A stretch of DNA of 64,000 nucleotides from positions 82,648,001 to 82,712,000 of the forward strand of contig NC_086097.1 in NCBI RefSeq assembly GCF_963921235.1. Reading direction: 5' to 3'. This DNA is from Mobula hypostoma (lineage: Eukaryota). The number at the start of each line of letters is the position of its first letter. Position 1 is the first letter of the stretch. Below the pieces are notes generated by a model that saw only the letters and a program-made list of their open reading frames with translations, was not told the origin of the DNA and searched no databases. Shown here in pieces: positions 37,244 to 49,594 of the stretch. The position numbers and the translations under genes were made by a program.

Positions 37244-40200
37244 TATGAGAGTAGGAATGCGATGAGGTGGAGGATAAATGCGTGGCTGAGGGATTGGAGC
37301 AGGGGGCAGGGATTCAAGTTTTTGGATCATTGGGACCTCTTTTGGCGCAGGCGTGACCTGTACAAAAAGGACGGGTTACACTTGAATCCTAGGGGGACCA
37401 ATATCCTGGCAGGGAGATTAAAGTCACCTCAGTAGCCCCCGCTAAACTAGAATGGTTGGGGGGTGGGAATCAAATTAAAGAGGCTAGGCGTGAGGAGGTT
37501 AGTTCACAACAGAGGGATGGGAACCAGTGCAGAGAGACAGAGGGGTGTAAAGTGAGGGTAGAAGCAAAAAGTACTAAGGAGAAAAGTGAAAGTGGCAGGC
37601 CGACAAATCCAGGGCAAGCATTAAAAAGGGCCACTTTTCAACATAATTGTATAAGGGCTAAGAGAGTTGTAAAAGAGCGCCTGAAGGCTTTGTGTGTCAA
37701 TGCAAGGAGCATTCGTAATAAGGTGGATGAATTGAAAGTGCAGATTGTTATTAATGATTATGATATAGTTGGGATCACAGAGACATGGCTCCAGGGTGAC
37801 CAAGGATGGGAGCTCAACGTTCAGGGATATTCAATATTCAGGAGGGATAGACATGAAGGAAGGGGAGGTGGGGTGGCGTTGCTGGTTAAAGAAGAGATTA
37901 ACGCAATAGAAAGGAAGGACATAAGCCAGGAAGATGTGGAATCGATATGGGTAGAGCTGTGTAACACTAAGGGGCAGAAGACGCTGGTGGGAGTTGTGTA
38001 CAGGCCACCTAACAGTAGTAGTGAGGTTGGAGATGGTATTAAACAGGAAATTAGAAATGTGTGCAATAAAGGAACAGCAGTTATAATAGGTGACTTCAAT
38101 CTACATGTAGATTGGGTGAACCAAATTGGTAAAGGTGCTGAGGAAGAGGATTTCTTGGAATGTATGCAGGATGGTTTTTTGAACCAACATGTCGAGGAAC
38201 CAACTAGAGAGCAGGCTATTCTGGACTGGGTTTTGAGCAATGAGGAAGGGTTAATTAGCAATCTTGTCGTGAGAGGCCCCTTGGGTAAAAGTGACCATAA
38301 TATGGTGGAATTCTTCATTAAGATGGAGAGTGACATAGTTAATTCAGAAACAAAGGTTCTGAACTTAAAGAAGGGTAACTTTGAAGGTATGAGACGTGAA
38401 TTAGCTAAGATAGACTGGCAAATGACACTTAAAGGATTGACGGTGGATATGCAATGGCAAGCATTTAAAGGTTGCATGGATGAACTACAACAATTGTTCA
38501 TCCCAGTTTGGCAAAAGAATAAATCAAGGAAGGTAGTGCACCCGTGACTGACAAGAGAAATTAGGGATAGTATCAATTCCTAAGAAGAAGCATACAAATT
38601 AGCCAGAGAAAGTGGCTCACCTGAGGACTGGGAGAAATTCAGAGTTCAGCAGAGGAGGACAAAGGGCTTAATTAGGAAGGGGAAAAAAGATTATGAGAGA
38701 AAACTGGCAGGGAACATAAAAACTGACTGTAAAAGCTTTTATAGATATGTAAAAAGGAAAAGACTAGTAAAGACAAATGTAGGTCCCCTACAGACAGAAA
38801 CAGGTGAATTGATTATGGGGAGCAAGGACATGGCAGACCAATTGAATAACTACTTTGGTTCTGTCTTCACTAAGGAGGACATAAATAATCTTCCAGAAAT
38901 AGTAGGGGACAGAGGGTCCAGTGAGATGGAGGAACTGAGCGAAATACATGTTAGTAGGGAAGTAGTGTTAGGTAAATTGAAGGGATTGAAGGCAGATAAA
39001 TCCCCAGGGCCAGATGGTCTGCATCCTAGAGTGCTTAAGGAAGTAGCCCAAGAAATAGTGGATGCATTAGTGATAATTTTTCAAAACTCGTTAGATTCTG
39101 GACTAGTTCCTGAGGATTGGAGGGCGGCTAATGTAACCCCACTTTTTAAAAAAGCAGGGAGAGAGAAACCGGGGAATTATAGACCGGTTAGCCCAACGTC
39201 GGTGGTGGGGAAACTGCTGGAGTCAGTTATCAAAGATGTGATAACAGCACATTTGGAAAGCGGTGAAATGATCGGACAAAGTCAGCATGGATTTGTGAAA
39301 GGAAAATCATGTCTGATGAATCTCATATAATTTTTTGAGGATGTAACTAGTAGAGTGGATAGGGGAGAACCAGTGGATGTGGTATATTTGGATTTTCAAA
39401 AGGCTTTTGACAAGGTCCCACACAGGAGATTAGTGTGCAAACTTAAAGCACACGGTATTGGGGGTAAGGTATTGATGTGGATGGACAATTGGTTAGCAGA
39501 CAGGAAGCAAAGAGTGGGAATAAATGGGACCTTTTCAGAATGGCAGGCGGTGACTAGTGGGGTACCGCAAGGCTCAGTGCTGGGACCCCAGTTGTTTACA
39601 ATATATATTAATGACTTGGATGAGGGAATTAAATGCAGCATCTCCAAGTTTGCAGATGACACGAAGCTGGGTGGCAGTGTTAGCAGTGAGGAGGATGCTA
39701 AGAGGGATGCAGGGTGACTTGGATAGGTTGGGTGAGTGGGCAAACTCATGGCAGATGCAATTTAATGTGGATAAATGTGAAGTTATCCACTTTGGTGGCA
39801 AAAATAGGAAAACAGATTATTATCTGAATGGTGGCCGATTAGGAAAAGGGGAGGTGCAACGAGACCTGGGTGTCATTATACACCAGTCATTGAAAGTGGG
39901 CATGCAGGTACAGCAGGCGGTGAAAAAGGCGAACGGTATGCTGGCATTTATAGCGAGAGGATTCGAGTACAGGAGCAGGGAGGTACTACTGCAGTTGTAC
40001 AAGGCCTTGGTGAGACCACACCTGGAGTATTGTGTGCAGTTTTGGTCCCCTAATCTGAGGAAAGACATCTTTGCCATAGAGGGAGTACAAAGAAGGTTCA
40101 CCAGATTGATTCCTGGGATGGCAGGTCTTTCATATGAAGAAAGACTGGATGAACTGGGCTTGTACTCGTTGGAATTTAGAAGATTGAGGGGGGATCTGAT

Positions 40201-40586
40201 TGAAACGTATAAGATCCTAAAGGGATTGGACAGGCTAGATGCGGGAAGATTGTTCCCGATGTTGGGAAGGTCCAGAACGAGGGGTCACAGTTTGAGGATA
40301 GAGGGGAAGCCTTTTAGGACCGAGATTAGGAAAAACTTCTTCACACAGAGAGTGGTGAATCTGTGGAATTCTCTGCCACAGCAAACTGTTGAGGCCAGTT
40401 CATTGGCTATGTTTAAGAGGGAGTTAGATATGGCCCTTGTGGCTACGGGGATCAGGGGGTATGGAGGGAAGGCAAGAGCGGGGCTCTGAGTTGGATGATT
40501 AGCCATGATCATAATAAATGGCGATGCAGTCTCAAAGGGCCGAATGGCCTACTCCTGCACCTATTTTCTATGTTTCTATGTTTCTA
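37244..40586 (+). mobile_element. Youngest CR1: ORF1 3' end + complete ORF2 with few lesions
   Basis: [49 protein letters not shown]. Stops at 38545, 38581 and 39328; +1 frameshift near 39705; (TTTCTATG)n tail. Confidence 0.97.
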
Positions 40587-42710
40587 TTCCATTTCTGGGG
40601 TTTTACACACAGTATTAGTTTCCTTATTTAAGAATGTCAATACATCTGACACAATTTGAAGGAAGTTTACTAAGTTAATGACTGGAATGAGTGGGCTGCA
40701 CTCTGAAGAAGGATTCAACAAGTGAAGTTTGTTTTTGGTGAACTGAAATGAATGGACCATTTGTGGATAGCATGAAGTGGGGCAATGAATGGAAAATATC
40801 TGAACTGCAGCATGTTTCTGAACTCTACATAGGTGTGGGAGTCAGGAAATCTTGACATACTCGTGTATTTTAATAGAAGAACAAATTATTGACCCAGTAA
40901 TGATGTCATAATCGTAACTACAATGAAAGAAAGCTCGTTTATGCATACTTTATTTGCAGTGGAGTGCAAATTTTAAAATCGGTCAATATGAAACAGCTAC
41001 ATTTTTATATTGACTATGAGTTCTTACTCAAGTCTTGACAGTCAAAGCCTCTGTATTGCATTTACTTCTTAAGATCCATATTAGTAATTGAAGCTTCTTT
41101 GCTGACTGATAATGACTATGGCACTTCATCCCAGCCGTTTTAACATTTACCAGCAGCTGTTTGAAGCAAAGGCCAACTGATCACTCCCAGCCAACACCCA
41201 AACCCTCCTCCTGGTGATATTAATGTGAATGTTACTTCGTGGGTCATCGCAGCAGTGACACACACATTCGCATACTACACACACGCACACAAAAGGCACG
41301 GGCAGAGGATTTTACAGCCACTGGAAACATTGGGAAGGAATATTTTACAATTTTCATCTATTAAATGTATGTAATTCAAATTTCTTCATTAATTATGAGA
41401 GCATTGTTGTTTTAGTTACTTATTTGTTTCAATTAATTGATTTTAGAAAGCATGAACCTGTGCATAGTGAAGTTCACCAGTCTGACTTGGTGAAATTTAG
41501 ATGTTATAGCTTCAGCAAATTTAAGTTTATGTCTTAATGTATTTCTTCCCTTTCATTTGGTTGTATTGTCTGTTACCTTTTAGTTTCAACTGCATTGCAA
41601 GCTAGCTGTTGACTGAGAAGGTGGTTAGTTAACTTCTGTCTTTTCCCATTGCTAACGTTTAAATGGCTGCCAGTGTATATGTGACAATGACGTAAGTTAG
41701 CTCAACGCTTACGCATTCTTTCTGATCTTAACCAGAACATTTTGTTTCTGCTTGTGACCTGTGCCAGATGGCTGTTTAAGCTTGTGGCCATATTTTCCCC
41801 TGTATAGCATTGTCTATTCATGTGCCCAGATGTAATGCTTGGAGACATCGAGGGTTTTAAAAGTATCAGCATTTTTATGTTCAACCTTCTGTTCAAGTTT
41901 ATAATATTTGGAGTATAGTTAACCATAGCACAATTAGCACTGACTTTCAGGATTTTACTGACCTATAAAGAATTCGGGCAATATTTATGCAGAATTTAAC
42001 AAGAAAAAGGCTAAACTTGGATGCAGTCTAGTTGTATCACAAATTACATTAATTTTTGGAAGCATTTTACTTCTCATGTTTACTGTTTACCCTTTGCTCT
42101 GTTTGTTTAATACCTCTTTAAATGATTATATCAAAAAATGGTGATGCAGAACAATTAAAAATTTAGGATTACTCGCAGTGCGAAACTGAGTGGAAATTTG
42201 GTGTGAACAGGAAAGAGGTGTTGCCTTTAGCCTGTGCTGCTAAGATGGCTTAGGTAAACTTGAGACAGTCAAAGTTTTTATTTTGGCACTTACTGCAGTC
42301 GAAATGAATGGCCGTAATCTTGATCTATGAACATATTTTCTGTATTAGACTGCAGTAGTTTGGAGATTGTGGCAATTGAGTCTGTCCATAATGCATATGT
42401 TTATAGTTGATAATCCTGCCTTGAATATTTCTTGCAGTGTTACTGAGTTGGAATTGGTGCTGGGGGGGGGGGGTGTCAGGGGGTGGTGGAGATGCACCTT
42501 GACCCCAGACCTTGTAGAGAAATACAAGATCAGGATTGATAGACCAACAATGCGCAAAGTGAGATAGGTACTGCGGATACACAGTAGGAAGGGGCTTGCT
42601 CATATGGCAGTTTTCTGTGATTTAACAGTTAATATCCTTTGTAAATAGGGTCAAGAATCTTACATAACATATTGCTCATCAGATGTCTGGGTAAGAAAAA
42701 TCTCAAACCA

Positions 42711-42863
42711 ACACACATAAAAAACGTTGGTGAACGCAGCAGGCCAGGCAGCATCTATAGGAAGAGGTACAGTCGACGTCTCGGCCTGAAATGTTCACCA
42801 GCATTTTTTTATGTGTGTTGCTTGAAATTCCAGCATGTGCAGATTTCCTCGTGTTAGCGTTTT
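42711..42863 (+). mobile_element. Collapsed palindromic Penelope-like remnant
   Basis: Same arm sequence as 49364-49594 with the centre deleted; flanks AAAAATCTCAAACCA (42696-42710) and AAAAATCTTGAACCA (42864-42878). Confidence 0.8.
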
Positions 42864-43030
42864 AAAAATCTTGAACCAGTTTGATTAGGTATTGGAGTGG
42901 GTGGGGTAAGATCAGCACATTGTGGTTCATGTTGAGACTGACAGCACTGGAAGGAGTAGGCAAGAGGTGTTGAGTGGAGAATTTGATAAGGTAGGACCTA
43001 CATTAAAAAGCACATTTCAATGATTATAAT

Positions 43031-43272
43031 AGTTGTGCATTTAATATTTCAGTTATGTCTCAGTATTATTGTATATATATATTTTTTTTGATTAAGCATT
43101 TTTCATTTACATAATTGTTTACGGGTTATATGTAAGATGTATGTGAATAGCATATATCATTACTCCTTCACATCATATATGTCAGTCTCACTAAAGTAAA
43201 ATAAAATAGCCACGTTTTCCCAGACTCCCATGTTTTCCTTTTGATTAGCTTTGGGAGTTACAAACCATAACA
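43031..43272 (+). mobile_element. Probable short solo LTR
   Basis: AGTTGTG...CATAACA imperfect inverted ends, ATAAT 5-bp duplication on both sides, internal AATAAA. Confidence 0.45.
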
Positions 43273-43452
43273 ATAATATCTGGATTATTGTATGAACTAT
43301 GTGCAAAGCACATTAGGGTTGCTGCTGGAAGAATTGTATAGAATAGAGGGTTTCTATTTCACGATAAGTGTCACAGGTAAATGCACAGGAATAAACGGTG
43401 TGAGTAGAAGAGCCTGTTTCTGTGCTGTCTCTCTCACTGACCCCGTGACTCC

Positions 43453-43926
43453 AGCCAGGATGACGGGGCAAATCGGTTTGCTGCTCTGGCTGAATTTCCA
43501 AAGCTGGATTACATGTGATGATTCCTGTTATGCTACAATTTTCATGATTTAGAATGGTTCCATTAGCATGAAGCTGGTTTACAACCACATTAAGATGTTT
43601 CTCCAGGTGTGTGCCAAAGACTTAGTTAGCTTCCATGTTTCCTGTATTTTATGCTGCCTGTGGCCCGTGGCCCATGGATCGCACTCTCCAAGCATCTTTA
43701 GAAAGTAACAAATGGGTGACAAGAATTACCCATTGAAATTCTGGTCCCTAACCCCAGTGAGAGAGCAGGGCCACTGACACTCTCTCCCCACGCCGGGTGT
43801 TACACAGCAACCTGCTGGAATTGTTGCTGCGATTATAGGACTTTCGATCACTCTGAAAGAACTTCTGTACGCACCTATTAGTGTGTCAAAAGCAGTGATG
43901 ATGTGCTGTGCATTTCATAACCTAGG
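43453..43926 (+). pseudogene. PIF/Harbinger (HARBI1-like DDE) transposase fossil
   Basis: Ordered motifs RFAALAEFPK, SISMKLVYNHIKMFLQVCAK, GDKNYPLKFWSLTPVR and LLYAPISVSKAVMMCCAFHNL, with stops and frameshifts. Confidence 0.75.
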
Positions 43927-44605
43927 AGGGAATGAAAGTTGGATGCATGCTCTTCAGACAAGAGGCATGTACAGGATAAGGAAGAAGAGGCAACATCAAA
44001 GAGCAGTGTACAACATATCAACAAATAAAACTTGAGTATCACACCTGCTAACATTGTAAATTCTTTTAGGCTTTTAAATACTGATCGTTTCCATTAATTG
44101 TTCTTGGAGACGAAAAGCTTCCTCCCTATTTCATTAATTTTAATTTCATGTATATTTCATCCCCTAATCAAAGCAGTTGCTTCTTCATCGGAATGCAGAA
44201 TTGCCTATAGTGCATCTCACTAGAAGCTTGGCTTACAATGGTAACTCCCAGCTTACCTTCCCACTATAATGTGTTGCAGCTGCTCTTCTCATTTTTGTGA
44301 TTCTGTTCATTCCCAGACATTGACTGAGTGCTCGTTAATAATTTACTACAGTGGCATTTCATGTCTAGATTCTTTCATTTTTTTTATTCACTTCCTTTTT
44401 CACTTGCATCATTATTTTAGTTCTTGATGCAGAAAAGTTTTGAGGTCACTTGATTCTCAGCCAGAGCTTGTAAATTAGTCATAAATTGCACAAGCATTAT
44501 TTTCAGTAATTTATCTGTAAAGGTAATTTTCTTCAAAAGAGACATCAGTTACTTCTGAGTTATTACCGAAGTAAGGCAGCATCTTTGTAGCCAACATTTT
44601 TGATA

Positions 44606-45327
44606 CAGTGGATTATGGTTCATTGGGCCATTGGTTAATCTAGAAAGTCGCTTATTTGGAACAACCCTTAAAGACCAACAACTAATTGAGAAAATAGCCA
44701 GGATTCTCTTCATTTATTTGGGATACTGTGCCGCTTAATTGGGCAGGAGACTGTTGCTGAACAGTTTCTAACTAGCATCAGTCATGTTTGTTTGTGTTCA
44801 AAAAGCAGTGATTTTTGTCACTGATAGTTGGCGAGAAATAAGACAATTTAGAAATGTTTTGCTCACAGCAGTTTCAAGCATTTAGACTTGGAGATGCCAG
44901 AAATGGTTGGGAATGAAAAGGAAACAATTTCACAAATTCAACAAGTTAGAAACTACAAAAAATTTGAAGGTATCAACAATCATCTTGAATGTTACAATGA
45001 AAATGAAGATTTGGATGATGCAATTGTTGTCAGCATTGTACGAAGGCAGTCCATTATCTGCACTAGGTGTCTGCATTGATCTTGTTCACTTCCAGTCAAA
45101 TGAACACAATTTAGATAAATTCCTCCATTGATAAGAATTAGCAACTAATACACAGTTTTATAGTACTTCAGTAGTATTAGCTGTGTTCTAATCTTTTCTG
45201 TATTTTATTTAAATACATAATTTGTTATTCAGTTAGTCTTTTTTTTATACCTTTTCAAGTATTTCCATGAAACTTTGGTCAATTGAGGCAACCACTTAAT
45301 TGGCCCAATGTGTCCAAGTGTCCACTG
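44606..45327 (+). mobile_element. Tigger/pogo-like non-autonomous element
   Basis: TA|CAGTGGA...TCCACTG|TA termini; repeated TTAATTGGG-type subterminal motifs. Confidence 0.75.
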
Positions 45328-46329
45328 TATTCTGATTTGTTGATTATTTATAGAATCTGCAGTAGTGATTTTGTGGTAGTTATTGTAGGATTGGAGTTAT
45401 CAGTACCTGTAACACAACTGCAACATTTCACGCATCTAAGACCACAGTGAACAAAGGTTTTGCTGAGTTGGCAATCTTGATTTTTTTATATGGTATCACA
45501 TGTTGGAAAATTACTGGGGATCATTTGCAATCACAATCTAAATTTATGAGATTATAAATAAAATAAGTTGGAACTAACTTTAGTGAAGTTTTGCTCTACA
45601 ATATTCCTTTCTGAGTGCAGCAAACCCCTCAGCATTGTTTTTCTTCTGTAAAACCCTGAAATGTCATTCTAAAAGTATGACACTTAAGATTAGCAGGTCA
45701 AGAGACACCAAAATTCCAGCATCTACTCATGGTGCATGTGACACCCCTGGAAAGACCAGAAAAGCTGGTGCTATTCTCTTTCTTCCATAAATTATAGACT
45801 TTCAGGAAACTTTGTTGGACTTGTTCTGAATTATAGAGGTTTTTGGCTGTGTATTGATGAAAATATTTCCAGTGGAGTGGGGAGACTAGAATATTTTCTT
45901 GCAGCGGGTAATGATGCACTGGAGGATATTGCTTTGAAGGCAGTGAAAGCAAATACTTTTTTAAAAAAGAGATTTCTTAAGTATTTGAGGCAATATTTTC
46001 ATGGTGATGGAGATTAAAAAAGCAAAGAAATGCAATTAATTAGATAGGATCTTATAAAGAGACAGCATAGTTATGATAGGGAGGAGTGACCTGTTTCTAT
46101 GCATTGTCATTCTTTGAAGTCATGGTTCTGGTGAACTACTTCCAATTTCTGCAAAGTCAAAGATAAAATAGGGCCAATACTTTGTAAAGCTAGCATTGTG
46201 TGTGTGCATTTTGGGCCATGGGAACCACATGTCTGCCCTTGGTTGTGGGGAAGGGCAGGCCGCATGCTGCAATCAGGATCATTTGTCTGGAATTCGGAAG
46301 ATGCTCTGACTTTGTTTTCATTTGGAGAT

Positions 46330-46590
46330 ACAGTGTGGACTAGGCCTTTACAGCCCTTCAGGCAGTGCCGCCAATTTAACTCTAACCTAATTGCAGAACG
46401 CTTTACAATGACCAATTAGCCTACTCACTGGTACACCTTTGGACCTGTGGGAGCACTACCCGAGAGAGAGCCCAGAGAAAACCCACACAATCCACAGGGA
46501 GACCATGCAGACTCTTTACAGAGGACACCAGGATCGATCTCGGAACTCTGTTGCCCTGAGCTGTAATAGAGTTGCATTAACCACTAGGCT
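46330..46590 (-). mobile_element. V-SINE-like element
   Basis: Reverse complement has a B-box-like GAGATCGATCC and V-domain TGTAAAGAGTCTGCATGGTCTCCCTGTGGA..GGGTTTTCTCTGGG. Confidence 0.6.
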
Positions 46591-47407
46591 GGCTCCCTAA
46601 TACTGTATGTATCGGTCTACTGAGAATGAGCACCCCCTCTGCAAAATGATCCTAGATGGTGCCTTTACCCTCACACTCGGCTCAGTTCATCCACTGATTA
46701 CAAGAGGGCTGGTCTTGCGCCTACTTTTAGATTTTGAAAGCTCAGGAGCGACAGCTGCATGAACAAACCCCATCGACCCGACAGCCAGGCTCTGACTATC
46801 CTACACTCAGCTGTTTCCAGGCCTTTCATTTCCTACAGTCTCGCTTTTGCTGAGTTTCAGCTGTAGATGGTCAGACTCAACAATGCTTTTTTTTTTCAGT
46901 TCTTATTGTGTTAGCTGATCCCTTCTTTGCAGTAGAAGACATTCTTCAAAGTAACCATATGAGACGTTTGATTTCAATGATTCCCATATCCTGTAGACTG
47001 GTGACGACTGGCCATGTACCTGCTGTTTCCAAAGCCTGATGTCAACAGCTTACAGCGATTTCCAATCTTTAAAGGCTACCTTTTAAACTGCTCTCAGCCA
47101 TTCCTACTACTTCCCCACTGACACAATAATCCTGTCTTTCACAATATCGTTAGCAGGGGATATACAAATCAGTTGACCCTTTGCTTTTTAACAGTCGATA
47201 CTGGACTGGAGCAGTAAGGTTGGGGGGTACCTTCAGGGCAACCAAATGAGGGTAATTTTGACTTTTGGAATGGTGCAAAATGCAAAGCAACAAATTACTT
47301 TCAATACTAGTAAATTTTGTGGGACCTATCTCCTTAACAGGCATGTTTTGCTGTTCCGTTTTATTTTGCTTGTACATACAAATCACAGAGCTGAGTCCAC
47401 ACAGAGA

Positions 47408-48466
47408 CACTGGTCCCTTTCGGAATGGCAGGCGGTGACCAGTGGGATACCGCAGGGTTCAGTGCTGGGACCGCAGCTGTTTACAATATATATATTTATG
47501 ATTTAGATTAGGGAATTAAAAGTAACATTAGCAAATTTGCCGATGACACAAAGCTGGGTGGCAGTGTGAAATGTGAGGAGGATGTTATGAGAATGCAGGG
47601 TGACTTGGACAGGCTGGGTGAGTGGGCAGATGCATGGCAGATGCAGTTTAATGTGGGTAAATGTGAGGTTATCCACTCTGGTGGTAAGAACAGGAAGGCA
47701 GATTATTATCTAAATGGAGTCGTTAGGAAAAGGGGAAGCACAACGAGATCTAGGTGTTCTTGTACATCAGTCACTGAAAGCAAGCATGCAAGTACAGCAA
47801 GCAGTGAAGAAAGCTAATGGCATGCTGGCCTTCATAACAAGGGGAATTGAGTATAAGAGCAAAGAGGTCCTTCTGCAGCTGTACAGGGCCCTGGTGAGAC
47901 CACATCTGGAGTACTCTGTGCAGTTTTGTTCTCCAAATTTGAGGAAGGACATTCTTGCTATTGAGGGAGTGCAGCGTAGGTTCCCAAGGTTAATTCTCGG
48001 GATGGCAGGACTGTCATATGTGAAAGATTGGAGCGACTGGGCTTGTATACTCTGGAATTTAGAAGGCTGAGAGGGGATCTTATTGAAACATAAAAGATTA
48101 TTAAGGGATTGGACACGCTGGAGGCAGGAAGCATGTTCCCGCTGATGGGTGAGTCCAGAACCAGAGGCCACAGTTTAAGAATAAGGGGTAGGCCATTTAG
48201 AATGGAGTTGAGGAAAAACTTTTTCACCCAGAGAGTGGTGGATATATGGAATGCTCTGCTCCAGAAGGCTGGGGAGGCCAAGTCTCTGGATGCTTTCAAG
48301 AAAGAGATGGATAGAGCTCTTAAAGATAGTGGAATCAAAGGTTATGGGGATAAGGCAGGAACTGGATACTGATTGTGGATGATCAGCCATGATCACAGTG
48401 AATGGCGGTGTTGGCTCGAAGGGCCGAATGGCCTACTCCTGCACCTATTGTCTATTGTCTATTGTC
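47408..48466 (+). mobile_element. CR1 3' fragment
   Basis: [36 protein letters not shown]; (CTATTGT)n tail. Confidence 0.94.
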
Positions 48467-48509
48467 ACACAACAGCCTTGTGCTTTCCCTGCGTGCAGAC
48501 TGAGTTCCT

Positions 48510-48770
48510 CCAAAGTTCAAAGTACATTTATTGTCAAAGTATGCATAAATTATACAAGCTTGCGATTCGTCTCCTTACAGGCAGCCACAAAACGAGAAAC
48601 TGGAAGGAACCCATTTTAAAAAAAAGACTAACACGCACCCAGTACACAGAGGAAGGGAAAAAACCACAGATCATGCAAACAATAAAAGCAAACATTCAGA
48701 ACTCAAGTGAGCCCATAGAAACAAAGCCCAGAGCAGCCGGAACAACCCCACAATTACAATTGCGCAACCG
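48510..48770 (-). mobile_element. Rex1-type 3'UTR tail fragment
   Basis: CAAAGTTCAAAGTACATTTATTGTCAAAG is the reverse of an AATAAA+(TTTGAAC)n tail; similar tails occur at ~51510-51693 (+) and ~56858-57150 (-). Confidence 0.6.
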
Positions 48771-49366
48771 ATAACCTTGATCTCCAGAAAGCAGATGGTT
48801 CAATATACCTGGCACTGGCAAGGCATCTACATGGAATGAGGCGGTGAAAGTCTCCTCCAGCTGTTGTGATAATTTATGAAGCGAGCTGTGTGATCTTGAT
48901 CCAGTGCCTGATGTACTTGGATAAATAATGTGTCACGATATTAAACTGACATCTTAGTATAAAAACAGCGGAGGCTGTTATGGAATTGAGGACAGGTGCA
49001 GAAAAATGTTATATCCTGAAGCTGGAATTGAAAACAATAGTTGATCCAAAATAAATGGCACTTCATTTGAATTGGTGTAAAACGTAACTTTCATGACGTG
49101 ACACAACAAGTGAAATGCGGGAGGTGGGATGGTGATGGTGGGGAAGGGTGAAGATTTGAGAATGGGATCGGAGCAGCATTACAGGTTGGTCGTGGAGGGT
49201 AGAAGGGGTGAATTACTAATTCCCATTCGCGTGTATATATCAAACGTCATTTCCATGAGTGTTCATAGCATCTTATGTCATACAAAGAATCAAATGAGCT
49301 CTGTAGAATTAGCACAGTAAATGACAAGAAGGCTATTTGATGCAAAACGTCATGTCTATTATCTCA

Positions 49367-49594
49367 AGCAACATACATCAAAGTTGCTGGTGAACGCAGC
49401 AGGCCAAGCAGCATCTATAGGAAGAGGCGCAGTCGACGTTTCAGGCCGAAACCCTTCGTCAGTCCTGACGAAGGGTTTCGGCCTGAAACGTCGACTGCGC
49501 CTCTTCCTATAGATGCTGCTTGGCCTGCTGCGTTCACCAGCAACTTTGATGTATGTTGCTTGAATTTCCAGCATCTGCAGAATTCCTGTTGTTT
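49367..49594 (+). mobile_element. Miniature palindromic Penelope-like insertion (perfect 99-bp arms)
   Basis: 49364-49462 is the exact reverse complement of 49465-49563, with a 2-nt spacer; ~31-nt one-sided tail; TSD ATGTCTATTATCTCA at 49352-49366 and 49595-49609. Confidence 0.92.
49460..49497 (+). ncRNA. Minimal type I hammerhead ribozyme motif
   Basis: CAGTC-CTGACGA-AGG(GTTTCGG)CCT-GAAA-CGTC-GACTG; 5-bp stem I; predicted cleavage after C49492. Confidence 0.8.

Noticed and set aside
37821..38576. 251-aa minus-strand ORF
   Set aside because: Antisense shadow of the CR1 endonuclease; similar shadows overlie the other CR1 copies.
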